NCBI GenBank assembly: GCA_964016885.1
Contig: OZ024753.1
Span: 34,658,001 to 34,722,000, forward strand
DNA from: Eledone cirrhosa
Taxonomy: Eukaryota
DNA: 64,000 bases
Reading direction: 5' to 3'
The notes below the pieces were generated by a model. That model was not told where the DNA came from and ran no database searches. It saw nothing but the letters and a program-made list of their open reading frames with translations. Positions 17,240-30,751 of the stretch are shown in pieces (the stretch's first letter is position 1; the number at the start of each line of letters is the position of its first letter). Both the position numbers and the translations under genes were made by a program.

Positions 17240-17754
17240 CTTTGTCCTGTGCGCCCCATATTTTGAATTCATATTCTAAAGACAGTCATGTAGGCTTGTT
17301 TTAAAAACTACATACATACGTACAACAATATAAATAAATTGTCTTTCTATATAGAACTAATGATTTTAATATAATACGTTACAATTTAAATATATCCTAT
17401 GTCCTTCTGTCTCAGAAGAAGTTATTGCCCGAAAACAATGTTTTCATTTAATGTCAAAACATCTAATCTATAGCAATTAATCAAGAGAGTTTAGCCAACC
17501 AAAATGTTTCACGGCAAAATACGTTTCTATTCTTTTCGTTTCTTTTTATATTTCCTTGTTTGTGTCTCGTTCTATTGTCTTGTATACGTCGGCCATAATG
17601 AGATATTTTGAGTGGGTACAAGATAATACTCTTTGATGTCTACTTTGGATAAGACTTCCAATGATAATGTTTTGCAATTCAGACATCTTGTCTTTAGTAA
17701 TTCTCATAAATTGCATTCTGGTTACATTGTTCTTACATCTCTCTCTCTCTCTCC

Positions 17755-17791
<37 letters not shown>

Positions 17792-18199
17792 TGTCGGTCT
17801 CTCTCTGTCTCTCTCTCTGTGTGTGTGTGTGTGTGCGTGTGTGTGTGGGTCTATCTGTATATATATATATGTTTGTCGGTCTATCTCTCTCTCTCTATAT
17901 ATATATATATGACAGTTGAAAATTGCAAACTTGACTGTCACCACACATTATGAACCTGAAGATTGCGAAAGCATGAAAGTACTTGTTCAATTAACACTTA
18001 ACATTTAATATTCTACCATACTATTTCATTATAATGCCATTATAAATTTTAAAGGATTGTAAATAAAACGAGTAAATCAGACAAAGTTGGAATTCCTCTT
18101 ATTAATATAATCTTCTATACACAATCATACACACCCGTGTATATTTATCTATCTCTCTATATATATATACGTGTATGTGTATGTATATATATATAATCA

Positions 18200-18345
18200 G
18201 GATGGGTTTAGTTAGAAACAGGTTAAACCATTACTCACGAGAGTACTCAATGCTCAATACTTGGTGTAGTAGAGTATAGTTAAATGAACGAGTCAGGACC
18301 CGACGGCTGAGCTCTTGCTGTTTCAACAACTAGTTCCCGACTGAT
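18200..18345 (-). mobile_element. Diverged family B-like element
   Basis: ctcaatacttggtgtagtagagt...gacccgacggctgagctc matches family B. Confidence 0.55.
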
Positions 18346-18496
18346 TAATGTGGTATCAATGTTTCCAAACCACTTCCAACAGGTATATATTAGGTATTAC
18401 CATCACCAGTTCTATGTCGTCTGCATCTGCACGACGTTCTTATGTCAATATTAGAGGTTTTTGTTTTCTATGGACATATACTGTTTTTAAACATTA

Positions 18497-19080
18497 TGGA
18501 TTGGCAGTATCGGTAGAGGGTCGGACGCCATGCTTTCCAGCATAGTTACGTCCCTTTACGATCTGAGTTCAAATCCCGCCGAGGTTGACTTTGCCTTTCA
18601 TCCTTACGGGGTCGATAAAATAAAGTACCAGTAATGCACTGGATAATTGCTGGCCTTGTGCCTAAAGTAGAAACAATTATTAAATAATATAGGCGGTGGA
18701 TTGGCAGTATCGGTAGAGGGTCGGACGCCATGCTTTGAAGCATAGAGTTACGTCCCTTTATGATCTGAGTTCAAATCCATCCGAGGTTGACTTTGCCTTT
18801 CATCCTTACGGGGTCGATAAAATAAAGTACCAGTAATGCACTGGATAATTGCTGGCCTTGTGCCTAAAGTAGAAACAATTATTAAACAATATAGGCGGTG
18901 GATTGGCAGTATCGGTAGAGGGTCGGACGCCATGCTTTGAAGCATAGAGTTACGTCCCTTTATGATCTGAGTTCAAATCCCCCCGTAGTTAACTTTGCCT
19001 TTCATCCTTACGAGGTCGATAAAATAAAGTACCACTAATGTACTGGGTATTTGCTGGCCTTGTGCCTAAAATAGAAACAA
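18497..19080 (+). mobile_element. Tandem trimer of the SINE (about 200-bp period)
   Basis: Three head-to-tail near-identical copies starting about 18497, 18692 and 18894. Confidence 0.92.
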
Positions 19081-19099
19081 TATAGGTATCGTTTATAAA

Positions 19100-20157
19100 A
19101 ATATGTATGTGTGTATGTGTACGTTTTTGAATGAGAGAGTGTGTGTGTGTATGTGTACGTTTTTGAATGAGAGAGTGTGTGTGTGTATGTGTACGTTTTT
19201 GAATGAGAGAGTGTGTGTGTGTATGTGTACGTTTTTGAATGAGAGAGTGTGTGTGTGTATGTGTACGTTTTTGAATGAGAGAGTGTGTGTGTGTATGTGT
19301 ACGTTTTTGAATGAGAGAGTGTGTGTGTGTATGTGTACGTTTTTGAATGAGAGAGTGTGTGTGTGTATTTGTACGTTTTTGAATGAGAGTGAGAGAGAGT
19401 GAGAGAATGAGTGAGAGAATGAGTGAGAGAGAGTGTGATAGAGAGTGAGTGATAGAGAGAGTGAGTGATAGAGAGTGAGAGAGAGAGTGAGTGAGAGAGT
19501 GAGAGAGAGTGAGAGTGAGAGAGTGAGAGAGAGTGAGTGAGAGAGAGAGTGTGAGAGAGAGAGTGTGAGAGAGAGAGTGAGAGAGAGTGAGAGAGTGAGA
19601 GAGTGAGTGTGAGAGTGTGAGTGTGAGAGAGTGAGTGTGAGAGAGTGAGTGAGTGAGTGAGTGAGTGAGTGAGTGAGAGTGAGAGTGAGAGAGTGAGTGA
19701 GAGTGAGTGTGAGAGAGTGAGAGAGAGAGTGAGAGAGAGTGAGAGTGAGTGAGTGAGAGTGAGTGAGAGTGAGAGTGAGTGAGAGAGCGTGAGAGAGAGA
19801 GAGTGAGTGAGAGAGAGTGAGAGAGAGTGAGTGAGAGAGAGTGAGAGAGAGTGAGTGAGAGAGAGAGAGTGAGAGAGAGTGAGTGAGTGAGAGTGAGTGA
19901 GAGTGAGAGAGTGAGAGAGAGTGAGTGAGTGAGAGAGAGTGAGTGTGAGAGAGAGTGAGTGTGAGAGAGAGAGAGAGTGTGAGAGAGAGTGGGTGTGAGA
20001 GAGTGAGTGTGAGAGAGTGAGTGTGAGAGAGTGAGTGTGAGAGAGTGAGTGTGAGAGAGTGAGTGTGAGAGAGTGAGTGAGTACGTGTGAGAGAGTGAGT
20101 GAGTACGTGTGTGAGAGAGTGAGTGAGTACGTGTGTGAGACAGAGAGAGAGAGAGAG
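19100..20157. repeat. 36-bp minisatellite (about 8 copies, 19100-19390) grading into a (GA/GT)n tract
   Basis: Unit gtgtgtatgtgtacgtttttgaatgagagagtgtgt. Confidence 0.92.
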
Positions 20158-20291
20158 ATTAGTTTCCATGTGCCAGTGCCACTTGGGTGATTCTTTAATA
20201 GTGTGTGTGTCTGTGTGTTGTGATGTCTCAAGTATGTGTCTGTGTGTCCTGTGATGTCTCATGTATGTATGTATGTATGTATGTATGTATG

Positions 20292-22791
20292 TTGGTTGAT
20301 AAGAGGCGTGCTCTGTCACGCTACTTGACGGCAAAAACCACAGGAGAGGAATATGTTGCATGAGGAACTCAAGGATGTAAAATCACGTGTTAGGCGGAGT
20401 CTTTCTCAGATGAAGGATCAGTGGTGGAGTGAGAAGGCTGATGAGATACAAACTGCGTCAGATTCCAATAACACAAAGCTGTTGTACAGTCTCTTGCGTG
20501 AGGTTTATGGACCGTCTTTTTCTCTGGTGACACCGCTTCGCAGCAAGGATGGCAAAGAACTTCTTCGTGACTCACAAGGAATTCTACGAAGGTGGCGAGA
20601 GCACTTTGATGATCTTTTGAATCAGCCGTCTGTCGTCAGTGAAGATTTCCTCAATCTAATTCCAGAAAGTCCTGTGAAAGTAGCTCTCGCAGAACCTCCG
20701 ACGCAGTGGCTATTTCGAAGCTGAACAGTGGAAGATCTCCAGGTATGGATGGCATACATGCTGAGCTCCTACAATATGGTGGTGAGAGACTCCTGCAACA
20801 TCTTCACCCTTTGTTTGGCAGATATGGGCTAATGAATCCGTACCTGAGGACTGGAGAGATGCAGTAATGGTGGTCTTGTACAGGGGAAAGTGTAACAGGA
20901 ATGATTGTGGGAACTACAGAGGTATATCATTGCTTTCTGTCGTAGGGAAAGTTTTATGTAGGGTGCTTCTGGACCGTCTGCTGACACACACTGCAGATTG
21001 TGTTCTTCCTGAAAGTCAATCTGGTTTTCGTGCTGGACGCGGCACTACTGATATGATCTTTTCAGCAAGACAGCTCCAGGAGAAGTGCATGGAACAAGGC
21101 TTGGATCTGTATCAGGTTTTTGTCGATCTGACAAAAGCTTTCGATACTGTTAACAGAGATGCATTATGGAAGGTTCTCCAGAAACTTGGTTGCCCTGATA
21201 AGTTCCTTGCTTTAGTTAGGTCTTTCCATGACGACATGAAGGCTTGGGTTAATGTCGGAGGTAACATGTCGGAGCCTATCTCAGTAAAAAATGGAGTGAA
21301 ACAGGGGGATATTCCAGCACCGACCCTGTTTGCCATATACTTTGCAATGGTTTTCTGTATTGCATTCAAGAATTGCGAGCATGGTGTTTACATCCGATAT
21401 CGAACCTCAGGCAGCATATTTAACATCAGGCGCTTTGCTGCAAAGACAAAAGTATTTACATCAATCATAAGAGACCTCTTGTATGCAGATGATTGCGATC
21501 TTGTAGCGCACACAGAGAGTGATATGCAGCACATTTTGAATACATTTTCTGACGCTTGCACTGCCCTAGGATTGACTGTCAGTCTCAAGAAAACCGTCGT
21601 CATGTACCAACCTGCCCCTGGTAAGCAGTACACTGAACCAAATATCTATGTGTATAGTAAACGACTTGGAGTGGTTGATCAGTTTGTCTACCTGGGAAGC
21701 ACTGTCAATCGATACAGCAACCTTGACAGTGAAATCTCACTTAGGATTAGGAAAGCAAGTGATCCTTTCGGAAAGCTAGAAAGGCGACTCTGGGGTCGGC
21801 GAGACATATGCAGGAGGACAAAGGTAAAGGTGTACAAGGCATGTGTGCTCTCTTGTCTTCTTTATGCCTGCGAGACCTGGGTCACATATCGACACCACCT
21901 TAAGCAATTGGAGCGGTTCCATCAGATGTGTCTCAGACGGATCCATGGCGTTCACTGGAGGGACCATATCAGTGATGTCGAGATTTTGGAAAGCTCTATG
22001 TGTGACAGTATAGAAGCTCTTGTGCTTAAGCAACGACTCCGTTGGAGTGGTCACCTTGCCAGGATGAAGGATTCTAGAATACTAAAACAACTCTTTTATG
22101 GAGAGTTGGTTAAAGGAAAACGACCGCCACATAAACCAAAAGAGAGGTATAAGGATTCCTTGAAAGACGCTAACATCTCTGCTGATACATGGGAAAATAT
22201 TGCTGCTGATCGTAATAAATGGAGAAAGACTGTATATGAGGGAAAAGTTGCCTTTGAGGCATCTCGAATCGCATACGAGAAAGTAAAGCGGGATGTGAGG
22301 AAGGGCATTGCTGTTGCACTTCCAGACGGCGAGGGTCCGCCTATGGTGCTGACATGCAGCGTCTGTGCGAGACTCTGCCTAAGCAAAGCTGGACTCGAAA
22401 GTCATCTTCGCAGTCATAAAGTAAGACCAGTGGTTGACTACCAGGCTGCTGTTGGAGATGCTACTCATCATGCTTGCCAAACATGTGGTGGAAAATGTAA
22501 ATCAGCAGGAGGGCTCAAGCGACATGCAAAAGTACATGAACTCCAACCACAGCCGACTATTCCCAGTGAATGTTTTGGTTGCCGACTCTGTGCAAGACAT
22601 TTTAGATCATTGGCTGGGCTAAAAAGCCACATTCGATCGCAGCGCTGTTAGTTGCTATCGTGTGTGTGTATAGATATGTCTATGTGTGTGCGTGTATGTG
22701 TATATATATATGTATATGTATATTATTATTATTGTTGTTGTTATTAATGTATATATGTGTGTGTGTATATATGTATATGTATGTATGTGTG

Positions 22792-22822
<31 letters not shown>

Positions 22823-22902
22823 TTAATTTATTTATTTATTTATTAATTTTTTTTTCTCCTCGTGCAATGGCCATACTCGATAACGAGGGGGCAGCCATCA
22901 TG
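20292..22902 (+). mobile_element. 5'-truncated RTE-clade LINE embedded in (TATG)n
   Basis: RT motifs NYRGISLLS, QSGFR, FVDLTKAFD, GVKQG, YADD, YLGS, RLRWSGH; 3' terminus gcaatggccatactcgataacgagggggcagccatc then (TATG)n; (TATG)n also at the 5' side. Confidence 0.93.
20867..22651 (+). CDS. RTE reverse transcriptase with three C-terminal C2H2-type zinc fingers; upstream part frameshifted (20353-20724)
   Basis: 594-aa open frame with the RT motifs plus CSVC..HLRSH, CQTC..HAKVH and CRLC..HIRSQ. Confidence 0.9.
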   Translation: MVVLYRGKCNRNDCGNYRGISLLSVVGKVLCRVLLDRLLTHTADCVLPESQSGFRAGRGTTDMIFSARQLQEKCMEQGLDLYQVFVDLTKAFDTVNRDALWKVLQKLGCPDKFLALVRSFHDDMKAWVNVGGNMSEPISVKNGVKQGDIPAPTLFAIYFAMVFCIAFKNCEHGVYIRYRTSGSIFNIRRFAAKTKVFTSIIRDLLYADDCDLVAHTESDMQHILNTFSDACTALGLTVSLKKTVVMYQPAPGKQYTEPNIYVYSKRLGVVDQFVYLGSTVNRYSNLDSEISLRIRKASDPFGKLERRLWGRRDICRRTKVKVYKACVLSCLLYACETWVTYRHHLKQLERFHQMCLRRIHGVHWRDHISDVEILESSMCDSIEALVLKQRLRWSGHLARMKDSRILKQLFYGELVKGKRPPHKPKERYKDSLKDANISADTWENIAADRNKWRKTVYEGKVAFEASRIAYEKVKRDVRKGIAVALPDGEGPPMVLTCSVCARLCLSKAGLESHLRSHKVRPVVDYQAAVGDATHHACQTCGGKCKSAGGLKRHAKVHELQPQPTIPSECFGCRLCARHFRSLAGLKSHIRSQRC

Positions 22903-24590
22903 TATGTATGTATGTATGTATGTATGTATGTATGTATGTATGTATGTATGTATGTATGTATGTATGTATGTATGTATGTATGTATGTATGTATGTATGTA
23001 TGTGCTTCCATTCACATATGCATGTAACGTACTGTATCTTGTCAATGTATGCGTGTTCGAAACTGTTTTCATTAAATCTGTGATGGACAAGTTTGCGTTA
23101 TTCCATTATTACTATTTTATCGTCGAATTTTAGCCATGGAAGGTAATTTCGTCAACGCAAGGAAAGTATATTTATTGTTTGTAAAATAATTTTCTTCATC
23201 TATTTCTTCAAATTGTCATATTTTTTGTTCATACCTCTAGAATTTCCTATTCTTAAATCTTCCTTCTTATATCTATATTTTACTGCTTAGTTTGATATTC
23301 TTTATGGTTTCCTTTTGACATTTTTTTTCGCGTCTGTTGTGGTTATCAACATCATCATAATCATCAACATCATTATTATTATTATTATTATCATTATCGA
23401 GGGATGATTGGCTGTATCGGTAGAGCGTCAGACAAAACACTTTGTAGTATTCATTCCGACTCTTTACGTTCTGAGTTCAATTCCTTTCATCTTTCCGATG
23501 GCGATAAAATAAAGTATCAGCCAAATATAATCAACTTTATCTTTACCCCAAATTTTTAGCTTTATGCCTAATTTAGAAATTAATATTAGCTCAGCAATCC
23601 TGTAAATTGGTTGAAAAACTGGGGCAGAGAGAGGTCTAATATATGATTGAAGGATTCACATTTCTCCGAGTTAGATTTTACCTTTGAAGGGGAATACTGG
23701 AAAGTAGTCTCGCTTTTTTGTTAGGTGTTATAATTAACAAAAACATACAATATTAACAAATTTATTCAACAACAACATAATCACCATCATTAGAAATAAT
23801 CTTTGCCAATCTAGAAATAATCTTTGCCCATCTAGAGATAAGCTTTTTTTCCCTTGATAAAAAAACAATGAAATTCATACAACATGCAAAGCCAAATGTG
23901 ATTTTTTAAATATTCTTGTTCGCCTATGAGCTATCTGAAATAGAGAAAATCAAAATACGACTTTCCCCAACGAAAGGGAGTTGAACTGATGCTGAGATAG
24001 ATATTTGACCTCGGAAAATACAAATTTTGTGTTTTCACCATTTTAAAGTAATCTTCTTAAATATATGACATCACTATCCTGTACCCCTAATATATCTCCA
24101 CAATCGATAAGTAATCTCCGAGGCTTGTTTCATTCATTTATATTATGTCCAAAACAAATTGAGACCTTATTTTGTTTTTTAAAGGATTGAATCCCTACAT
24201 ATATATTCACATATATACAAATATGCACATATATACATATACGCACATATATACATATTTGTATATACATATATGTATGTGTATATGTGCGTATATGTAT
24301 ATATGTGTGTATATGTATATATGTGTATATGTGTATATGTATATATGTATATATGTGTATATGTGTATATGTATATATGTGTATATGTGTATATGTATAT
24401 ATGTGTATATGTGTATATGTATATATGTGTATATGTATATATGTGTACATGTATATACATATATATATATTTGTATATACATATATGTATGTATATACAT
24501 ATACACACATGTACAAGTACACATATATATACATATACACATATATACAAGTACACACATATATACATACATACATATATATATATACAT

Positions 24591-25197
24591 GGTGGTTGCC
24601 AACTCGTTTTCGAGTACGGCCACTACTTTATACCCATGTAGGAGAACGCCTACCGATGCGCTGAACGAGTGTGACTTTTTAGTCCAGCCAGCGACTTGAA
24701 AACTCCGGTACAAACACTACACTTGTCACAATTATTGACACATAGTGCTGGGCCCATGGTACCATGTGATGACATGTGCAGAGAGATCTCCAGATATAAA
24801 GCAATGCCTGCGCCGTGAAGCTTTTATAGTTAGCAAAGGCACTGCACAAAGCCAGTCCCACTCTCTTAACCAAGATGATATTTACCAAAAGAAGAACAAG
24901 TCAACATCATTGGATACCATCAAGGTTGCAGGTGTTATATCAGAGTTTTCCTTCTCCTAGAATTCTGCATTGACAAAGGCTAAGGGGTCATCTCTCCCGG
25001 TGATTTTGGATGGCCATTGACTCTTAAGAGCTCCTTTGCCCTTTGACAGGTTTTGTTTTTAGTCCTGCAGGATGTCCAAAGTCACCCTCCTCACCAAGAA
25101 ACCTTGGTGGGGTTGACAGTTTAGTCGCCAACGACCCGACCATGAGACAGGTTGTACTGAGATACATGTTACCAGTAGCACCAGCTGGTGACCTGAC
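24591..25197 (-). mobile_element. Non-autonomous RTE-related element, family X (about 607 bp)
   Basis: 3' end tggccgtactcgaaaacgagttggcaaccacc resembles the RTE terminus; internal ctaggagaaggaaaactctga; copies at 47370 and 48448. Confidence 0.8.
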
Positions 25198-26599
25198 ATA
25201 TATATACATACACGCATATATACATACACACATATATACATACACTCACACACACTTATATACATACACACACATATATATACATATTCACAAATATACA
25301 TGTATGTATATATATATATGTAGATACATACACACACACATATATATATATACTTATACACACACATATATATATATACATACACACATATATATACATA
25401 TTCACAAATATACATATATGTATATATATATATATGTAGATACCTACACACACATATATATATACTTACGCATATATATATACATACACACACATATACA
25501 TATTCACAAATATACATATATGTATATATATATATGTAGATACATACACACACACATATATATATATACTTCTACACACACTTATATACATACACACATA
25601 TATATACATATTCACAAATATACATATATGTATGTATATATATACTTATACACACACTTATATACATACACACACATATATATACATATTCACAAATATA
25701 CATATATGTATATATATGTAGATACATACACACACACATATATATAGTTATACACACATATATACTAAGGCAAAATTTAAAACAATCGTTAAGAAGTAAA
25801 AACATTTAACACTAACATTCTAAGAATGCATGTCATGTGCAATCATATTTCTCCAAAAATATAGCAAAAAGCGCTGAAGAATGAAAAAAAATTAAACCAA
25901 TGAAATGATAATTATTTTCCCTTAAGAAATAATAATTTCGATATAATTTTTTTTATCGTAAATTAGCTAATCAGAACATGGATCGCTATTGGCTTTTGAA
26001 TATGAAATTCATTGAGAGAAGTTAATATTCCAAGGCAAGTAAAGATAATTCCAATAATTTTTGGCGAAAGGGTAAGTCGATTAAATCGGCCCCACTGCAT
26101 TACTGATACTTTATTTATCGACCCCGTAAGGTGCAATCATATACTTCCAGTCGCTTTACACCAATGAAACACGGGAATACAAACGAATCTACCTGAGGAG
26201 CCTCCAATTTTAGTTGAAAAAAATATTATATCCTCTCGAATCATTTTAAGATCTTGCAGTAACGCTCGACTATGCTTCGCAGATGAGATTTAATAAGACT
26301 GAAATGTGCTTAGAGTTGTCACCATACTTCTGAATACAAAACTTACTTCCAACTGCATTTTACATTAATTTTAATAAATTTAAATTCCAGGGATTTTCCC
26401 TGTCTTTCTTACCCAGGATTAATAATTCAAATAAGGATTTTTCTTTCCTTATTATTAGTCAAAGTGTAATCAATATTTGCTGGCTCACTATATTATATAA
26501 CTAATGACTTCCTTTTGCATTTATTACTATGTGATTATATTAATGTTATATTTGTTATTCTCATTTTATCTTCGTGCAATAAAGTGATAAGAACCTTTG

Positions 26600-27700
26600 C
26601 CAGTCACGTGATGCACTTTTATTTCGATATTTTAGAATATTTTTTGTTCTAATTTTCCAGAAAGGGTTTTCTCGATTTTCCTCTTTGGGTTCAATAACAC
26701 AACTTTAATGAAGCTAACATAACATTTCGCATAATACACACACACACCTCTCTATATATATTGTCCAAATTATTAGCGCGGGGGGTGGGTGGGGGGAGAG
26801 ATATATATATCGATTCGTCTTTTAAAGAAATTTGAAAATATGTTGACCTTTTTGACAAGCCGCCACAATGCAGATGAACTATAAATAATAGTCGGATCGG
26901 ATAAAAATACCCCTGGAAATTGAAAAAAGTGGACAGCACCGCTTGCGCTGGTTAGATTCCGATAGGCGGTTTTGTACACCTTTTCCCGTCTCTAGAGATG
27001 TTTTACTTAACATTTTCTTTATATATTGAGATCTCTTTCTCTTGTTTGTAAACCAAAATATACGTTCAGGCATACGCAACTGATTTGCTCCGGAAGATTA
27101 TCTCGAAGAAGTCTATAGATATATTTGGCAAGTGAAAGAATCTTCAACAATGCAAATTTAATACCTTCTATCTAACTATCTATCTATCTAGTGGCTAATA
27201 AAGAAATATATCTATCTATTTGTTTCTCTATCTGTCAATGTATCGATCTATCTAGCTATCTATCTCGTCCTCTATTTTATTCTGTCGTTACTTGGATTAA
27301 ATTATATGTTGCAGCCATGTCTCTTTCACGAGAGAATATTGCCATAAATGTTGTTAAAGGAAAAGTGTTATGGCTACAAATGGAACTGTTATTGAAAACT
27401 GACTTGCTCACAGTTAAGTGATACTCCACCATTATATACTATTGTGTGTTTCGTCACAAAGGCGAACACACTCTCTTTCACACACATACATACACACACC
27501 ATCTCTCTTTCACCCCTCCCACTCAATAAAAATCAAATCAAAATGGAGTGTTCCCTTTTCACAGTCTTCAATATGGCTCACTCTGGCTGTGAATGCACAG
27601 GAAAAGCGATGTGTTCGTAACGTCATCTTTTTCTAGAACGTTTGACGTCTGTTGGCAAAGTCCGGTTTCATTGTTCGTGGGAGTCCGTCATTTCTCTCAT
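26600..27700. promoter_or_regulatory. Possible promoter or 5' region (unique, TE-free, locally CpG/GC-richer)
   Basis: cacgtga E-box near 26605, gcgcggggggtgggtgggg, gccgcc and tgacgt motifs, upstream of a candidate exon; circumstantial only. Confidence 0.25.
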
Positions 27701-28300
27701 AGTATTAACAGAAATACCTACTTACAGAAGAATAACAAGCATAACAAGAACCAGATGAACAATAACTATAATAAATTAATACTATGGAAATAGATTTTAA
27801 TGAAGGAAAAAGAAATAACCTTTGTTTCGTTTTTTTTCTCTCAGTTTTTAAAAAAAAAACAAAGATGTCGATAATCTTAATACCTAACCTTTCAGAAATA
27901 AAGACCACTACATCAACAACACCAATAACAACAGAAACATCGGGATTTGTTTTCTCTTTCTGATGTTTGTCTTTGTGAAACAACAATATTTTAAACTTTC
28001 CACTGGTGTATATCGCCTAATTTTCTGTATTTTCAGTTATTCTATATAAATGTTTTCTAACTGTGACATATACTAAAACATTAAATATAAACAATAACTA
28101 TTCATGTGTGTGTCTTTTTCTTTTATCGTTTATTATGTTTTTAAATACGTTAAAAGTCTTCTTAAGTCTCATCTGTCTTACTGGTTAGTCAGAGTGGAAA
28201 GGGCAATAGCCATGACCTTTTCAGGACTCCGGAAACCATTAGAGGGAGAAGGAGCAGACGATATAGTCGAACTGGAGACGGCCGAAATAATTGCAACAGA

Positions 28301-28375
28301 ATGGATTTTGCTAAAGTTATTCAAAGACACCATGGATCCACATCTGGAAAGCTTCGCTCCAGGCCACATACCTGG
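28301..28375 (+). CDS. Candidate host coding exon MDFAKVIQRHHGSTSGKLRSRPHTW (frame open from about 28170; possible acceptors at 28188 or 28192)
   Basis: Unique balanced-GC sequence, Kozak-like agaATGg, donor TGG|GTAAGG at 28376; no homology recognised. Confidence 0.4.
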
Positions 28376-28485
28376 GTAAGGTTCTTACGGAAGACAAGCA
28401 GTTGCCTATACAATTTTCTCTATATAAGGATTTCCTCTTTATGTCACCAATGTTGTCCAAAGAATAACATTGGTAAATATAGTGG

Positions 28486-28540
<55 letters not shown>

Positions 28541-28567
28541 ATGATCCTCAATAAATATGATAATGAT

Positions 28568-28760
28568 TTCTTTATTAACCACAAGGGTTTACATAAAGTA
28601 GACATTAAGGACAGTGCAGGACAATACAGGACGGTACAAATGGGCATTTCTGCGTGTAAAAAAACAAAAAAAAACAGAGGGTGTAACAAAAAATAACAAT
28701 GAAAAATTCCCCAATAGGGGGGAGACTTCGGAGGGACATTTGTGGAGAGAGCCCAGTAAA
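28568..28760 (-). mobile_element. CR1 3' UTR fragment
   Basis: Near-identical to 7195-7360. Confidence 0.8.
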
Positions 28761-29191
28761 AAGTCACAATGACCCTGACCACCAAGGCAAGTGCCCTCTC
28801 CCAGTTTTCCACCTTTAATTTACAGATATATACTCAGAGTAGGCCCATTCACTCGGGCCATTCTTGCTTCTCTCACCCATCTTTCAACAAAATGCTGGGA
28901 AGAGAGCACTTCCCTCTCTACTCTGATTTTCCTTTTCAAATGAAATTTGAAAAAGTCAATCAGAGCATCATGATAATGAAAGGGTTAAAGTTGCATTTGA
29001 CAACTTACAAACATATTAAAAATGAAGAGCTTCTATCTATGCGGCATTGGAAAGCTCACTTGGTGCTAAATTTAAAGTACTTTATTTATCATCATCGTTT
29101 AACGTCCATGTTCCACGCTTGCATGGGTTTGGACGGGAGTTTTCCCACTTGAGGCAAGAGTGGTTGTCTTGCTCGCATAGGACTGTCTGGC

Positions 29192-29233
<42 letters not shown>

Positions 29234-29235
<2 letters not shown>

Positions 29236-29424
29236 CGAAGGAAATGTGGTAGGGAACCAGGTGGACCATAACGCACCAAAGTACTCAATACTTGGGGTAG
29301 TAGAGTGGGTAATAGGAACCAGTAAGACCCCGACGGCTGAGCTCAAGCCGTTTCGACGGCTAATTCTGGACGGAATTAGCCGTCGAAACGGCTTGAGCTC
29401 AGCCGTCGGGGTCTTACTGGTTCC
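29234..29424. mobile_element. Fold-back element, family B, with the 3' half of an HHR
   Basis: Arms about 29315-29367 and 29374-29424; GAAACGGC-ttgagctca-GCCGTC helix III and GUC site; (AT)n flanks. Confidence 0.85.
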
Positions 29425-30238
29425 TATATATATATATATATATATATGACGGAGTTTTCATATACGAAATAAAGTTCAGACATGTTAAGTTTACGTAATT
29501 GTATTTATTACATTATACGTATTTCAATGACATGGTTGGTATTAACAGGCACCGGTGTGACATTTTCAGTCGCTGTCATGATTCTGTAATTGTCAAAATA
29601 AAGGGACATTTTCAACATATGTACAACAAAGAACCATGTAACAAATTTCTGCAGGGAACGTTAAGTCCATAAAAGTAATGAATCTACTGGCATAAGCATT
29701 TCTTATTCGATGTTTCTTATAATGTCGTTTGGGTAAATAATATATTTACCCAAATTTGGAAATATGTATTTAGAATAGAATTCGTATTGTGGTCTAAATC
29801 ACAATGGAAATCTTAAATTGTTGTCACAAGGACGCTATATATCACGAAACGAATGGTTGTAAACTCACATCGACAATAACTTGCTTTTACACATGTAATT
29901 CTGGAGGGGCTAAACCATCTCTAGGATAATTTTATATAGTTTCATAGTTTATTTTCCTTTAAGAAATTCTATAACACCAACCGCTATGCAAATCTTTCAA
30001 CTCTCTCTTTACAACCCATCAAATTTTGAGACAACGGTTTTATTATGTAGTTGTGAAGTAAAGTGTCTCCGACATGACATGCTGTAGAAGTTATTTCAAT
30101 ATAAAATAAACATTTCTATAATCTACAAACATATTGAGTACCTTTTTAAACTGGTCATTTCCTGATATCCGTGCTAAGTAAATCTGCTAAGTCATGCTTA
30201 GCACGTTTAGCGATTTGGGACTTGTCCCTTGTTATATA

Positions 30239-30273
30239 CCTCCGAAGAAGAGATTTTATCTCGAAATATCAGG
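30239..30273 (+). ncRNA. Minimal HHR, family F, with a U4C core variant
   Basis: cct-CCGAAGA-a-gagat-ttt-atctc-GAAA-ta-TC-agg. Confidence 0.6.
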
Positions 30274-30349
30274 GCAGATAAAATAAATAAGGTTACACAT
30301 AACATCTTGTTTCGTTCATTTCGCATTGTTGTGACCTTCAAACTCCAAA

Positions 30350-30441
<92 letters not shown>

Positions 30442-30442
<1 letters not shown>

Positions 30443-30711
30443 AAATAAAACAATGATGAATGGTTACATTACTACCACAGAGGTCCGACGAGCCATTGAT
30501 TGCAAAGTCGAGCTAGATCGATACAGGCTGAACCTTGAGCTGATAAATAGCGAAACGCGCGTCACCATCCAATAAATTTAATGAAGGGGTAACCATTCAT
30601 CCTTGTTTTATTTTATTATACTAATCACTGTCTAGCTCTACATATCGAGGTGAACTTAAACATCGAGTGCCCACCCGGCTGAACCTACAGCAATTCCGCG
30701 TTACACTCCCT

Positions 30712-30713
<2 letters not shown>
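30442..30713. mobile_element. Fold-back element with truncated HHR
   Basis: 30442-30467 is about the reverse complement of 30589-30614; gct-gataaat-agc-GAAACGCGCGTC at about 30538-30563; (AT)n flanks. Confidence 0.65.

Positions 30714-30750
<37 letters not shown>

Positions 30751-30751
<1 letters not shown>

Noticed and set aside
29450-30150. Possible decayed PLE endonuclease or HHR on the minus strand (also 32900-33470)
   Set aside because: Only a GAAATACGTA fragment, with no convincing protein motifs.
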